Shown here: piece after piece, positions 17,559 through 27,441 of the stretch
Numbering within the stretch: position 1 is the stretch's first letter
Layout: every line of letters begins with the position of its first letter
From: an uncultured Eubacteriales bacterium
GTDB lineage: Bacteria; Bacillota; Clostridia; Christensenellales; Borkfalkiaceae
Assembly (NCBI GenBank): GCA_900540805.1
Contig: UQHL01000004.1
Coordinates: 101,323 to 165,322 of the forward strand
Length of the DNA: 64,000 nt
Direction of reading: 5' to 3'
Notes under the pieces: generated by a model
The model's input: only the letters and a program-made list of their open reading frames with translations
The model's database searches: none
What the model was told of the DNA's origin: nothing
Program-made: the position numbers and the translations under genes

Positions 17559-19334
17559 TCAGCGTCTGAATTTTTTCATTCTTTTCAGCTTTCTGCGCTC
17601 CTTGCGGGAAAGCGTTTTGTGATAGGGCTCTGCCTCGCCGTCGGTTTCGTCTTCTGCGCCGACGTCTTCCGCTTCCGCGTTTTCCGTTTCGCCGTCGGAA
17701 GCGTTTTCTTCTCCCTCCTCCGAAATTTCCGATTTCGTTTCCGCAAGCGCAATTTCTTCCTCGGATTGGGCTACGGGCTCCTCCATGACGGCTTCGGCCG
17801 TCGTTTCTTCAAGGGTGCCTTCTTCGGGCGCAATTTCCTCGGAAACTGTTTCTTCGGCGTTATTTTCTTCGGACGCGGATTCTTCGGGAATTACTTTCTC
17901 GGACGAAACAACTTCTTCCGAAACGGCCTCTTCCGTTTCGGAAACGGGCTCTTCGCAAACCGCCTCTTCCTCAAACAGCTCCTCCAACGGTTCTTCCTCC
18001 GCGGCGAGATCTTCCGCGATATCCTCCGCGGCAAGCTCGATTTCCGTCTCATTTACGGAAAGCGCATCGCCGTTCGGTGCGGACAGTTCTTCCTCGGCCT
18101 CTTCCGCCGTCTCCACGGGAGCGTAAGGCTCCTCCGCCGCGGCTGTTTCCGTCTCTTCCTCGACAAGCGTTTCTTCCGTTTCTGCGGCTTGGGAAAGTTC
18201 CTCTGCGACGGGACATTCTTCGCTTTCGCAGGCTTCTTCTGTTTCCGTTGCGGCGGGAGGACAGAAAAACTTATTCGCCTCCTCGTTCAACTCGGGAGAG
18301 GTTATTTTGCAGCATTGATCGGCATAATAAAGCCCCGCGGCGCGCAGTTTCTCGGTTTCAACGTCGAGACAGGGCTGACCGCCGCCCGACACGCACCCGT
18401 CGGGACAAGCCGTCACTTCCACAAAGTCGTATTTCGCTTCGCCCGCGGCAATTTTCTCCGCCAGCTCGCCCGCGGCCTTTAAGCCGTAAACCACCGCGAT
18501 TTTCGCCCTCGTCTCCCCGACGGAGATCTCCGCTTCGCGCAGTTCCTTCGGGCCGCGGATGCCGCTGTAACGGAGCTTCGCCAGCGCGTCCTCCGATTTA
18601 TCGTCCGACAGCCGCCGCGCCGCCGCTTCCGCCACGCCGCCCGATACGCCCGTGAGAATGCCCGCGCCCGTATAATGTCCGAAAGGCTCGTCGGGAGCCT
18701 CCGCGGCGAGAAGACGCAGATTGAGTTCCGCTTTTTTGAACATTTCCGCAAGCTCGTCCGTCGTGAGCACGAGATCGACGGCAGGCGCGCCGTCGGAGGG
18801 AATTTCTTCACACTTTTCCGCCGCGCAGGGCATCAGCGCGATCACTTTCGTCTCTTTACCGTCCCCCAGCGCGTCGAAATGCGCTTTAAGCGCTTCTCCG
18901 AACGTACGCATGGGAGAGAGGCAAGACGAAAACGCCGCGGCGAGATCGGGATATTTACGCTGAACATAATGTACCCAAGCGGGACAGAAGGAGGAAAACA
19001 AGGGCAGATTTTCGCCCGTTTCCAGCCTTTCCTTCAGCTCGTCCGCTTCCCGCGCGACGAGGAAATCCGCGGCGAACGCTCCGTCCGCCACGATATCCGC
19101 ACCCAGCGTTTTGAGCCCCGCAACGATTTTTCCCATTGCGTTTTCTCCGCGCGCCATGCCGAATTTTTCGCCCAAAGCCACGCGGACGGCGGGCGCCACC
19201 TCGACGACCACGCGGGTCGTCTCTTTGTCCGATTGGAAAATCTCCCGCGCCTTGTCCGTTTCGTCCTTAATCGTCACGGCTCCCGTCGGGCAGACCGCCT
19301 CGCAGGTATCGCCGTCAATCACTATGTAACTCAC
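17559..19334 (-). CDS. [FeFe]-hydrogenase H-domain protein with degenerate L1 motif and a long polyacidic C-terminal tail (putative sensory/non-canonical)
   Basis: L1 FSSFCPAW (canonical TSCCPxW), L2 MPCAAEKCEE, L3 EVTACPDGCVSGGGQP. N-terminal CEAVCP remnant. ~230-aa E/A/T/S-rich tail ending KERRKLKRMKKFRR. Start assigned to GTG 19334 with AAGGAGG 11 nt upstream. Confidence 0.75.
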   Translation of the reverse strand: MSYIVIDGDTCEAVCPTGAVTIKDETDKAREIFQSDKETTRVVVEVAPAVRVALGEKFGMARGENAMGKIVAGLKTLGADIVADGAFAADFLVAREADELKERLETGENLPLFSSFCPAWVHYVQRKYPDLAAAFSSCLSPMRTFGEALKAHFDALGDGKETKVIALMPCAAEKCEEIPSDGAPAVDLVLTTDELAEMFKKAELNLRLLAAEAPDEPFGHYTGAGILTGVSGGVAEAAARRLSDDKSEDALAKLRYSGIRGPKELREAEISVGETRAKIAVVYGLKAAGELAEKIAAGEAKYDFVEVTACPDGCVSGGGQPCLDVETEKLRAAGLYYADQCCKITSPELNEEANKFFCPPAATETEEACESEECPVAEELSQAAETEETLVEEETETAAAEEPYAPVETAEEAEEELSAPNGDALSVNETEIELAAEDIAEDLAAEEEPLEELFEEEAVCEEPVSETEEAVSEEVVSSEKVIPEESASEENNAEETVSEEIAPEEGTLEETTAEAVMEEPVAQSEEEIALAETKSEISEEGEENASDGETENAEAEDVGAEDETDGEAEPYHKTLSRKERRKLKRMKKFRR

Positions 19335-19404
19335 CTTTCCTGAATCCTCCTTAACGTTATACGGAAGTTTTGAAACGCCAGAAAGCCAAAACCTCACGTT
19401 CCGA

Positions 19405-19500
19405 TTTTACGCAATGCTTGAATAGGGCGCGGAAATGCCTGTAAATACTCCGTGCTTACGCATTTCCGCTTCTATTATAAAATCATTATACCATAACGAC
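19405..19500 (-). promoter_or_regulatory. recurrent promoter+stem-loop cassette, copy 2, in the 5' leader of the hydrogenase-like gene
   Basis: Minus-strand reading: GGTATAATGATTTTATAAT, then GCGGAAATGC-N21-GCATTTCCGC perfect 10-bp stem-loop, then ~90-nt leader to the GTG start. Confidence 0.45.
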
Positions 19501-19580
19501 AAAGTTTTTTCAATAGCCTGTCGAAAAATTTTTTGGGTTTTTTTAACTTTTTTCCGCATAAATCCACGGCGAAGAAACGC

Positions 19581-20207
19581 TTACAGCCTTTTTACGGCCT
19601 CTTTCACCTCGGATATGCTCTTTACCGTCGCCGCGGGATTTTCCGCTGTCCCAAACCCGTAGGCGGCCCAGATAAAAGGAATGCCCGCCTTTTTGCAGGC
19701 CGTCTCGTCCATGCGGGTATCGCCGACATAGACGGAGTTTTTAAGTCCGTTCTTTTTCATGAGCGTCAGAAGGTTGTCCCCCTTGCCCTGTCCCGTCATG
19801 CCCGCGCATAAAAAATCCCCGACAAACGCGCCCATTCCCGTACTGCTCAGCAAAGCCTCGATATAACCGCACTCGCAGTTGCTGACGATATATATGCCGT
19901 AATTCGAAGACAGCTCCTCTATCGTCTCCTTTACCATGGGATACAGCTTACCGCCCTCGCGCTGTAAAAGAGCGTTTTGCGTGGTAAGGCAATCGTCGAT
20001 AATCTCTTTCTTTTCCTGCGGCGGGGTATCGGAAAAAATTTTTTCTTCTATCTCCTCGAGGGTCATTCCCATACACTCGCTCACTTCTTTTTCGGAAAAG
20101 CGGCGGGTCAGGCCGCGACGTTCATAGACGATATTCCAAGCCCTTGCGACGACCTCCGCCGAATCCCACAACGTGCCGTCCACGTCGAAAATAATATTTT
20201 CCGTCAT
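19581..20207 (-). CDS. HAD-IA family hydrolase (beta-phosphoglucomutase/phosphatase-like)
   Basis: Motif I FDVDGTLWDS and C-terminal GD motif (VYVGDTRMDE). Confidence 0.8.
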   Translation of the reverse strand: MTENIIFDVDGTLWDSAEVVARAWNIVYERRGLTRRFSEKEVSECMGMTLEEIEEKIFSDTPPQEKKEIIDDCLTTQNALLQREGGKLYPMVKETIEELSSNYGIYIVSNCECGYIEALLSSTGMGAFVGDFLCAGMTGQGKGDNLLTLMKKNGLKNSVYVGDTRMDETACKKAGIPFIWAAYGFGTAENPAATVKSISEVKEAVKRL

Positions 20208-20926
20208 TGGTCCCTTAACCCTTCCTTTTTCACCGCTCCGTCCCCGAACACAGCTTCGACAAAATAGATCGGCAGCCCCGCCGCCGCGAATTTGCTTTCG
20301 TATTCGGTGACGATGTTCTCCTCGGGCTTTCCGTCACGATGCAGATCATAGGAAATGTCTTTGAGGCGAAAGCCGCACGCGCGGTATTCCTCCAAAGAAA
20401 ATTCGAAAAAATCCTTATTGTCCGTCTTTTGCAGAATATGCCCGCCTTTTTTCAGTAATTTCTTATATATTTCCAAAAAATTGCGGTGGGTCAGCCGCTG
20501 CGTCGCATAGCCCAGCTTGGGAAGCGGCGTCGAAAAGTTGAGGTATATCGCTTCGAGGGAATTTTCGGGGATATAACAGGGCAGGCATTCGGCGCGGATA
20601 TTGAGAAAACGGACGTTTCCCAGCCCCAGCTTTTTTACTTCCTCCATGGGCGTCAACACGACGTTGCTCATTTTCTCCAGCGCCAGATAATTGACGCCTT
20701 TGTTCCGCGCGGCAAGCTCGCAGATAAAGCCGCCTTTGCCGCAGCCGATTTCCAGCTCCACAGGACGATTATTTCCGAATACTTTTGAAAAATCGACGAG
20801 GTCGCGGTAGTTTTCCGCCGCCTCTTTCATGTTGAGTATGCCCCCCGCCCCGCGCGCCAGAAGCAGGTCTTTGCAGGCGTCCATCCGCGTTTCGAAGTTG
20901 CGTTTTTTTCTCATTCTCATGGACAT
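20204..20926 (-). CDS. trmB: tRNA (guanine46-N7)-methyltransferase
   Basis: ELEIGCGKGGF SAM motif, LNFSTP, TEYESKFAAAGLPIY. Close by-eye alignment with B. subtilis TrmB. Confidence 0.8.
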   Translation of the reverse strand: MSMRMRKKRNFETRMDACKDLLLARGAGGILNMKEAAENYRDLVDFSKVFGNNRPVELEIGCGKGGFICELAARNKGVNYLALEKMSNVVLTPMEEVKKLGLGNVRFLNIRAECLPCYIPENSLEAIYLNFSTPLPKLGYATQRLTHRNFLEIYKKLLKKGGHILQKTDNKDFFEFSLEEYRACGFRLKDISYDLHRDGKPEENIVTEYESKFAAAGLPIYFVEAVFGDGAVKKEGLRDQ

Positions 20927-20940
20927 ACGCGGCCCGCCTT

Positions 20941-21381
20941 TTACGCCTTGCCCGTACTGCCGAAGCCGCCGCTGCCGCGCACGGTGTCCGACAGCTCGTC
21001 CGCCTCTTCAAATTCCGCTTTGAGAAAAGGCGCGATCACCAGCTGTGCGATGCGTTCGCCGCAATCGATCTTCTGCGCTTGAGTCGAATGGTTGTGCAGC
21101 GCCACGAGGATTTCCCCGCGGTAATCGGCGTCGATGACCCCGACCTTGTTGGCGGGAGCCAGCCCCCGCTTGGAGGCGAGGCCGCTTCGCGCATACACCA
21201 GGCCCGCAAACCCTTCGGGAATCTCCATGGAAAGCCCCGTATGAATCAGCCGCGTTTCCCCGGGCGCAAAGACGACCTCCCCGTCCGTCACCGCGTACAG
21301 ATCGGCCCCCGCCGCATAAGCGGAACCGTATTTGGGAAGAACCGCGCGTTCGTCCAGCTTTTTCACCGATATCGTAGGCAT
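20941..21381 (-). CDS. dut: dUTP diphosphatase
   Basis: 146 aa with AGADLYA, GLVYARSGLA, RGSGGFGSTG dUTPase motifs. Confidence 0.9.
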   Translation of the reverse strand: MPTISVKKLDERAVLPKYGSAYAAGADLYAVTDGEVVFAPGETRLIHTGLSMEIPEGFAGLVYARSGLASKRGLAPANKVGVIDADYRGEILVALHNHSTQAQKIDCGERIAQLVIAPFLKAEFEEADELSDTVRGSGGFGSTGKA

Positions 21382-21485
21382 AATTTTTTTCTCCCGTAAA
21401 TTTTTTCTTCGGGATTTATTATACCAAAAAACGCGCGAAAAAGCAAACGAAAGAGAGGCGCCGTTTTAAGTAAAATTATGTTTCG

Positions 21486-22253
21486 TCATCCCAAAGCCGT
21501 ATCGAGAAACATCATCAGCGCAAAGCCCAGCATCAGCCCGATAAGCGCCAGCGGTTTGTTTTCGGAAAAGCTTTCCGGAATAAGTTCCGCCGCGGTCACC
21601 GCGACCATCGCCCCCGCCGCAAACGCCAGTGCCCAGGGCATCAGGCTGGAAATAAACGTCGCAGCCACGGCGCCAAGCACCGCCGCGGGAATTTCCACCG
21701 CACCCGAAAGCGAGGAGAGAAAAAAGCTCTTTTTGCGGCTCATGCCGCGGGCGCGCAAAGGACAGGCGACGCACAGCCCTTCGGGCACGTTCTGCACGCC
21801 GATCCCCAACGCCAGCATGAGGGCGGGAAGAAATCCGCCGCCCGCAAACGCCACGCCGACGGCCATGCCCTCGGGAATATTATGCAGCGTCACCGCCGCA
21901 TATAAAAGTCGGCTTTTCCGATCCCCCTTCTCGGACATGCGCGCGGAACGGGCGAACAAGCGGTCGGTAAGAATGATCACTCCCCCGCCGATACAAAAAC
22001 CCAGCGTCACCGCGACGTAGGGAGGGATTGCGCAAGGATACTCAAACGCGGGGCTCAACAGCGAAAAGAAGGAGGCCGCCAGCATGATTCCCGCGGCGGA
22101 GCTCTCCGCGATCACCGAAAAGCTCTTTTTAGGCTTATCGGTAAAAAAAATCACAAACGCGCCCGCAGTCGTCATCAGACAGGTGAACAGCGAGGCGATC
22201 GTCGCCTGCCAGACAGGCGAAAGGTTCTGCAAAAAATTCATCGGTAAATTCAT
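21486..22253 (-). CDS. zupT: ZIP family divalent metal (zinc) transporter
   Basis: HNIPEGMAVGVAF and QNVPEGLCVA signature motifs. 8 TM. Confidence 0.85.
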   Translation of the reverse strand: MNLPMNFLQNLSPVWQATIASLFTCLMTTAGAFVIFFTDKPKKSFSVIAESSAAGIMLAASFFSLLSPAFEYPCAIPPYVAVTLGFCIGGGVIILTDRLFARSARMSEKGDRKSRLLYAAVTLHNIPEGMAVGVAFAGGGFLPALMLALGIGVQNVPEGLCVACPLRARGMSRKKSFFLSSLSGAVEIPAAVLGAVAATFISSLMPWALAFAAGAMVAVTAAELIPESFSENKPLALIGLMLGFALMMFLDTALG

Positions 22254-22431
22254 TCCTTTTTCATCTTGTCAGCGTCTGCCGCCTAAAAACGGCGGGGCAT
22301 CGCTTATAAGCAGTATATTCCCCGCAGCGTTTTTTGTTTCCCGTATCTCCCTTGCCTTACTTTCATATCTTCCGCTTATTTCCCCTGTCTGTTTTCGCTT
22401 TACCTCCTCTCTGTATTCCCGCTTTTTCCGC

Positions 22432-22476
22432 ACGCAAAAACGCGCCCGCGGACCCGCCGCAGACGCGCTTTTTATT
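22432..22476 (-). terminator. rho-independent terminator downstream of trpS
   Basis: Minus-strand RNA cgcgucugcgg-cgggu-ccgcgggcgcg (11 bp incl. 2 G-U) followed by UUUUU. Confidence 0.55.
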
Positions 22477-22483
22477 TTGCCTT

Positions 22484-23542
22484 TTATACGTTTTCCCGAT
22501 CGGAAAAATAGTCTATCTTCATCGCCTTTTTCACGTTTGCCAGGGTATCCGCCGCCACGGCGCGCGCTTCCCTGCTCCCCTCGTACAGAATATCCCACAC
22601 CGCGGGAATATCCTCCGCCAGCTTTTCGCGGCGCAAACGGATAGGCTCCAGCGTTTCCTGCAAAACGGCGTTGAGAAACTTCTTCACCTTCATGTCGCCC
22701 AACCCGCCCCGCTCGTAATGCGCTTTCATTTCCGCAAGGCAGGCGTAATCGGGCAGATAGCGCCCGAAATGCTCGTCGCGGCAGAAGGCGTCGAGATAGA
22801 TAAACGTCGGATTGTGCTGCGTATCTCCGGGGTCCGTCACCTTGAGGTGATTGGGATCGGTGTACATGCCCATGACCTTGCGCTTGATTTCGTCCGCGGA
22901 ATCGGATAAATAAATACAGTTGCCCAGCGATTTGCTCATCTTCGCCATGCCGTCCGTTCCGGGCAGGCGCAGGCAGGATTTGTTTTCGGGCAATACCGCT
23001 TTCGGTTCCGTCAGCGTTTCTCCGTAAAGTCCGTTGAAGCTCCTCACAATCTCCCGGGCCTGCTCCAGCATGGGCAGCTGGTCTTCGCCCACGGGCACCG
23101 TGTCCGCCTTAAACGCCGTAATGTCCGCCGTCTGCGAAACGGGATACGTCAAAAAGCCCATGGGCAGGGACAGCTCGAAGTTTTTCTGCTTGATCTCCGC
23201 CTTTACCGTCGGATTGCGTTCCAGCCGTGCCAGCGTGACGAGGTTCATATAATAAAACGTCAGCTCGGTCAGTTCCGACACGTAGGACTGTACGAAAACG
23301 GTGGATTTTTTTGGATCGATGCCGCAGGCAAGATAATCCAGCGCAACCTCGGTGATGTTGGCGCGTACCTTTTCGGGGGAGTCGAAATTATCCGTCAGCG
23401 CCTGCGCGTCCGCGATCATAATATAAATTTTTTCAAATTTTCCGCTGTTTTGCAGCTCCACCCGACGCTTCAGCGAGCCGACGTAATGCCCGATATGCAG
23501 TTTTCCCGTAGGGCGGTCGCCCGTCAGAATGATATTTTTCAT
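22484..23542 (-). CDS. trpS: tryptophan--tRNA ligase
   Basis: HIGH-type [10 protein letters not shown] and KMSKS motifs. 352 aa. Confidence 0.9.
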   Translation of the reverse strand: MKNIILTGDRPTGKLHIGHYVGSLKRRVELQNSGKFEKIYIMIADAQALTDNFDSPEKVRANITEVALDYLACGIDPKKSTVFVQSYVSELTELTFYYMNLVTLARLERNPTVKAEIKQKNFELSLPMGFLTYPVSQTADITAFKADTVPVGEDQLPMLEQAREIVRSFNGLYGETLTEPKAVLPENKSCLRLPGTDGMAKMSKSLGNCIYLSDSADEIKRKVMGMYTDPNHLKVTDPGDTQHNPTFIYLDAFCRDEHFGRYLPDYACLAEMKAHYERGGLGDMKVKKFLNAVLQETLEPIRLRREKLAEDIPAVWDILYEGSREARAVAADTLANVKKAMKIDYFSDRENV

Positions 23543-23618
23543 AAGAAAGGTCCTTCGTTTTTTTCCTTTTGGATATGAGGGGATTATACCACGCGCGCGG
23601 CGCGGTTGTCAAGGGTTT

Positions 23619-24131
23619 TTATACGAAACCGCCCTCAACGACCCAAACGTAAAGCTGCAGCCTTATTCTGCCGCCATAGCTGATTCCGCCGCTGCCTTTT
23701 TGGAGAGTGTCTATATCCAGCAAATCGCTGTCCGTAAAAGCATATTCTCCCTTTTGCTGTAACGGCAAATTGTTTGTCTGACAGTCCGTCCAGCCTTCCT
23801 CCTCCCGTTCGCGGTAAAGGGGTTGCCCCGGCAAAAAGATGATGTCTTTTTGGGCGACTCCCCGATAGCAGGCCACCACGTCGAGTTGGAGGATTCGGCC
23901 CGTATAAGCATATTCTATTTCTACCTTTCCCTCATTTTCAACGATTTCTTTCAAATCGTATTCCAAAAACGAACTTTTATCCCGCAGCCAGGCGCCTCTG
24001 AAACACAACGTCCAACCGTCTAAATTTTCCTCTGAAAGTTTTGGCGCCTGAACGTTTCCCGAGGAGCACCCCGCGCAGCACAAAGCTGCGAAAACCGTGC
24101 ACAAAGCGAGCAGAATCTTTTTTATTTTCAT
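23619..24131 (-). CDS. hypothetical lipoprotein
   Basis: Signal peptide + lipobox (LCCAGCS). 170 aa. Confidence 0.6.
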   Translation of the reverse strand: MKIKKILLALCTVFAALCCAGCSSGNVQAPKLSEENLDGWTLCFRGAWLRDKSSFLEYDLKEIVENEGKVEIEYAYTGRILQLDVVACYRGVAQKDIIFLPGQPLYREREEEGWTDCQTNNLPLQQKGEYAFTDSDLLDIDTLQKGSGGISYGGRIRLQLYVWVVEGGFV

Positions 24132-24146
24132 ATTTATTTTCCCTTT

Positions 24147-25205
24147 TCACCTGCGGACGCCGAACGCATAACGGGCGGCGAAGCGATACGTTTCTCCCGC
24201 GGGGAGTATCGACGAACCGTAAGCGGCGTACGCCTCCACGTTGACGTTGTTGGGGATCGCCTGCGTCTCGAGACAAAGGCCTCCGCAGCGGCCGTAACGG
24301 TGACCCTTTTTGCCCGTCTGATCGAGGCCGTTCCCCGCATAAAACTGCACGGCGGGCATATCCGTGTAGCATTTCATTTCAATGCCGCTCCTCGGGCTGT
24401 ACAATACGCCGTAGGGCTTGGACTTGTCGCGCGCCTTATCGAATACAAAGCAATGGTCGTACCCCCCGCCGTAGGACAAATTGACCTCCGTCGTCCTCAT
24501 GCCGTCGTCTTTCCCTACCGTTTTCGGCTTCGTGAAGTCGAACGGCGTACCCGCGACGGAGAGAAATTCGCCGTGAGGAATCAGCTCGTTGTCGGTCGGG
24601 GTGATATACGGCGCGTCGAGAAACAGCTCGTGATCGAGGATCGTGCAGCCGTCGCTTTCGCCGCTTAGATTGAAATAGGCGTGATTGGTGAGATTGACCG
24701 CCGTCTTTTTATCCGCAACGGCCGTATATTCGATCCCCAGCTCGCCTTCGGCAAAAGTATAGACGACCGTCACGTCGAGATTTCCGGGATAATTTTCCTC
24801 GCCGTCGGGCGAAAAAAGGGAAAGCACAAGTTTTTCCCCGTCGATCTTCGCATTCCAGAGCTTTTTGTCAAAGCCCTCTTTCCCGCCGTGCAGGTGGTTG
24901 CTTCTGTCGTTGATATACAGCTGATAAGTATTTCCGTCGATCGTCAGGCGGCCCTTGTCGATACGGTTTCCGAAACGGCCGATGAGCGCGCACAGATATC
25001 CGCCGTTTTCGAGGTATTCCGCCACGGTATCGTAGCCGAGCAATACATCGACGGGGTTCCCGTCTTTGTCGGGCACGACCAAACTATGGATAATGCCCCC
25101 CAAAGAAAGCACCTCCATCTTTCTCTTTCCGTCCTCGAACGTAAAGACATATACTTCCCTGCCGTCGGGCATATTTCCGAATACGGACTTTGCAATTTTC
25201 GTCAT
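24147..25205 (-). CDS. galM: aldose 1-epimerase (galactose mutarotase)
   Basis: NHLHGG motif, NLTNHAYFNL, FCLETQ. 352 aa. Confidence 0.8.
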   Translation of the reverse strand: MTKIAKSVFGNMPDGREVYVFTFEDGKRKMEVLSLGGIIHSLVVPDKDGNPVDVLLGYDTVAEYLENGGYLCALIGRFGNRIDKGRLTIDGNTYQLYINDRSNHLHGGKEGFDKKLWNAKIDGEKLVLSLFSPDGEENYPGNLDVTVVYTFAEGELGIEYTAVADKKTAVNLTNHAYFNLSGESDGCTILDHELFLDAPYITPTDNELIPHGEFLSVAGTPFDFTKPKTVGKDDGMRTTEVNLSYGGGYDHCFVFDKARDKSKPYGVLYSPRSGIEMKCYTDMPAVQFYAGNGLDQTGKKGHRYGRCGGLCLETQAIPNNVNVEAYAAYGSSILPAGETYRFAARYAFGVRR

Positions 25206-25235
25206 AAACTTCTCCTTATTTGAAATTTTTATTTT

Positions 25236-26462
25236 TTACACATCGACGCGGGCGGTTCCCATGCGCCGCACGGAAGCGGTAAACACGTTTTCCCTTCCGA
25301 ATATGCGGGCCATCTCGCGGGTGTAATTTTCCCTTTCCGCTTCCGAAACGCAGGCGATCACCGTCCCCGCGAATCCGCCGCCGTGCAGACGGCAGCCGCC
25401 CTGTTTCAATATTCTTTCCGAAAGCTTCAGCGCCAGGGAAACGGGCTGGACGGCGCTGCCCGGCACAAAACAGTTTTGCAGATACTTTTGACTGCTCTCC
25501 CCGCTCTCCTTCAGGCATTTCAAAAACGCAGGCATGTCCGAACGCTTTAGCGCCTCCGCCGCTCTGTCCACGCGGGCGTTTTCCTCAAAGAAATGAACGG
25601 ACCGCAGTATCGCCCGTTCGCTCACCCGTTTTTTAAGCGACGGAAAGGAACGAAAAAATTCGCTTTCGTTGACTTCGCGCAGAAACTTTTTTCCGAAAAA
25701 AGCCGCAACGGCCGCCATATCCTCGCGTATGGCCGTGTAATGCTGGGTAAGGCCCGAATGGGAGCCGCCCGTATTGGTGATGACCAGCGAATACCCTTTC
25801 GGTACGGGCAAGGGAGAGACGACGGGCGCGTCGGGCGTTTTGAAATCGATTTTGTTGAGGCCGCCGCAGGCGACGCCCGACTGGTCGAGCAGGCCGCAGG
25901 GCTTGCCGAAATATTCGTTTTCGGCAAAATGGCCGACCGCCGCCTTGTCTTTCGCCGTCAACCTTCCGCCCAGCCACAGATCGTTGAAGATCTCCGCGAT
26001 CAGCACCTCGAACGCGGCGGACGAGGACACGCCCGCGCCGCGGAACACCGTGCTTTCCGTATAGGCGGTAAATCCGCCGAAGCCTTTCAGGGAAAAACCC
26101 TTTTTTTCCAGCCCCGCCGCCACGCCGCGCGCAAGCGACGCGCTCCGCCCCGCCTCGTGACGTTTCGGCGCGGTATCCGCGATCCTGAACCGCACGGGGC
26201 GAAACCCCTTGGAGACGATCTCCGCAAGCCCGTCCGCCCGCCTCCCCACCGCCGCGACGATATCGCAGGAAACGGCCGCCACGATCACTTTGCCTAAATT
26301 GTGATCGGTATGGTTTCCGACGATCTCCGCACGTCCGGGCGAAGAATAAAAAACCTCCGGCGCTTTTCCGTTTAAAGCGCGAAAGCCTCCGCCGATCGAG
26401 CGATACCGCTCGAGGGGTTCCCGTTCGTCGGCCGTTTCCCCGTAAAGAGCGCGATAATCCAT
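25236..26462 (-). CDS. galK: galactokinase (GHMP kinase)
   Basis: GalK signature GRAEIVGNHTDHN. GHMP ATP loop (GAGVSSSAAFE). Confidence 0.8.
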   Translation of the reverse strand: MDYRALYGETADEREPLERYRSIGGGFRALNGKAPEVFYSSPGRAEIVGNHTDHNLGKVIVAAVSCDIVAAVGRRADGLAEIVSKGFRPVRFRIADTAPKRHEAGRSASLARGVAAGLEKKGFSLKGFGGFTAYTESTVFRGAGVSSSAAFEVLIAEIFNDLWLGGRLTAKDKAAVGHFAENEYFGKPCGLLDQSGVACGGLNKIDFKTPDAPVVSPLPVPKGYSLVITNTGGSHSGLTQHYTAIREDMAAVAAFFGKKFLREVNESEFFRSFPSLKKRVSERAILRSVHFFEENARVDRAAEALKRSDMPAFLKCLKESGESSQKYLQNCFVPGSAVQPVSLALKLSERILKQGGCRLHGGGFAGTVIACVSEAERENYTREMARIFGRENVFTASVRRMGTARVDV

Positions 26463-26696
26463 TTCCTTTTCTTCCTTTTTTATTATTATATCACACTTTT
26501 GAAGTTTTGTAAATATCGCGGAGAGATTTTACACAAAATATTTGTATGAAAAAGAATTTACTGCCCTTTGCGGCCTTTATGTTTTTATGCGCAGTATTTT
26601 TCGTGGCGGCGGGCGCGCTCCTGCTGTTTCCTCACCTTCCCGTCTCCGACCTTCCCGCCGTCCCCGCCTTTCTTCCCTTTCCGCCCTTCAACTAAA

Positions 26697-26757
26697 AAAA
26701 ACGGGCATACCGCAAAAAAGCCGATCGCTCTTTCGCGGTATGCCCGTGTGCTTTTCC
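26697..26757 (-). terminator. rho-independent terminator of the pyr operon
   Basis: 12-bp perfect stem cgggcataccgc/gcggtatgcccg. On the minus strand it is followed by an 8-nt U-run directly after the pyrE stop. Confidence 0.75.
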
Positions 26758-26759
26758 GC

Positions 26760-27422
26760 TTACTCCACGCCGTAGGTTTTGCGGTAGGCGTACATAGCGG
26801 GAAGATACTCCTTTCCCTCGATCACGCCCTTTTCAATCGCCCCGATGATGTCCGCCATCGTGACGATGGAATACACCTTTACGCCGAACTCCGCGTATGC
26901 TTCCTGCACGGCGGAGCGTTCGCTCTGCAAGCCCTTTTCCATTCTATCTACGGAGATGACCATTCCCGCGACCTCGACGTCGGCAGTCTCCTTCAGCTTG
27001 GGCAAAATTTCCCGAAGCGCCTTGCCCGAGGTCATCACGTCCTCGACGATAATCACCCGCTCGCCCGCTTCGAGAGCCTTTCCGACAAACAGTCCGCCTT
27101 CGCCGTGATCCTTGGCCTCTTTCCGATCGAAGCAGTAATTCATGTCCGCGCCGTACCTTTCATAAAGCGCGATCGCGGTGGTGACGGCGAGGGGAATCCC
27201 CTTGTAGGCGGGCCCGACGAGGGTATCCGCCTCTATGCCGTTATCGTGGATACAGGCCGCGTAATACTCTCCCAGCTTCGCCAGCTGCGCGCCCGTCTTA
27301 TAGTTGCCCGTATTGATGAAATAGGGAGCCTTCCGACCGCTCTTCAACGTAAATTCACCGAAGCGCAAAACGCCGTTTTCCACCATGAAACGGATAAACT
27401 TTTCCTTATAATTGAGTTCCAT
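26760..27422 (-). CDS. pyrE: orotate phosphoribosyltransferase
   Basis: FGEFTLKSGRKAPYFIN and the PRPP loop VIIVEDVMTSG. Confidence 0.9.
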   Translation of the reverse strand: MELNYKEKFIRFMVENGVLRFGEFTLKSGRKAPYFINTGNYKTGAQLAKLGEYYAACIHDNGIEADTLVGPAYKGIPLAVTTAIALYERYGADMNYCFDRKEAKDHGEGGLFVGKALEAGERVIIVEDVMTSGKALREILPKLKETADVEVAGMVISVDRMEKGLQSERSAVQEAYAEFGVKVYSIVTMADIIGAIEKGVIEGKEYLPAMYAYRKTYGVE

Positions 27423-27441
27423 TTTTTCTGTCCTCCCGAAT

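Noticed and set aside
17538-19343. Plus-strand ORFs overlapping the hydrogenase-like gene (17538..18482, 17785..18126, 18077..18655, 18675..19343)
   Set aside because: Artefacts of the repetitive GAA/GAG-rich tail region read on the opposite strand. They are low-complexity S/R/F-rich translations.
19335-19397. ORF-track start at 19397 (MRFWLSG...) for the hydrogenase-like gene
   Set aside because: There is no RBS. The GTG at 19334 is preceded by AAGGAGG, and the extension would run into the leader stem-loop cassette.
23543-23618. T-box leader upstream of trpS
   Set aside because: Only 76 nt separate trpS from the next gene, far too short for a T-box.
26546-26695. 49-aa plus-strand sORF (MKKNLLPFAAFMFLCAVFF...) between galK and pyrE
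   Set aside because: No SD sequence. It lies within the galK promoter/pyr terminator region. Probably non-coding.
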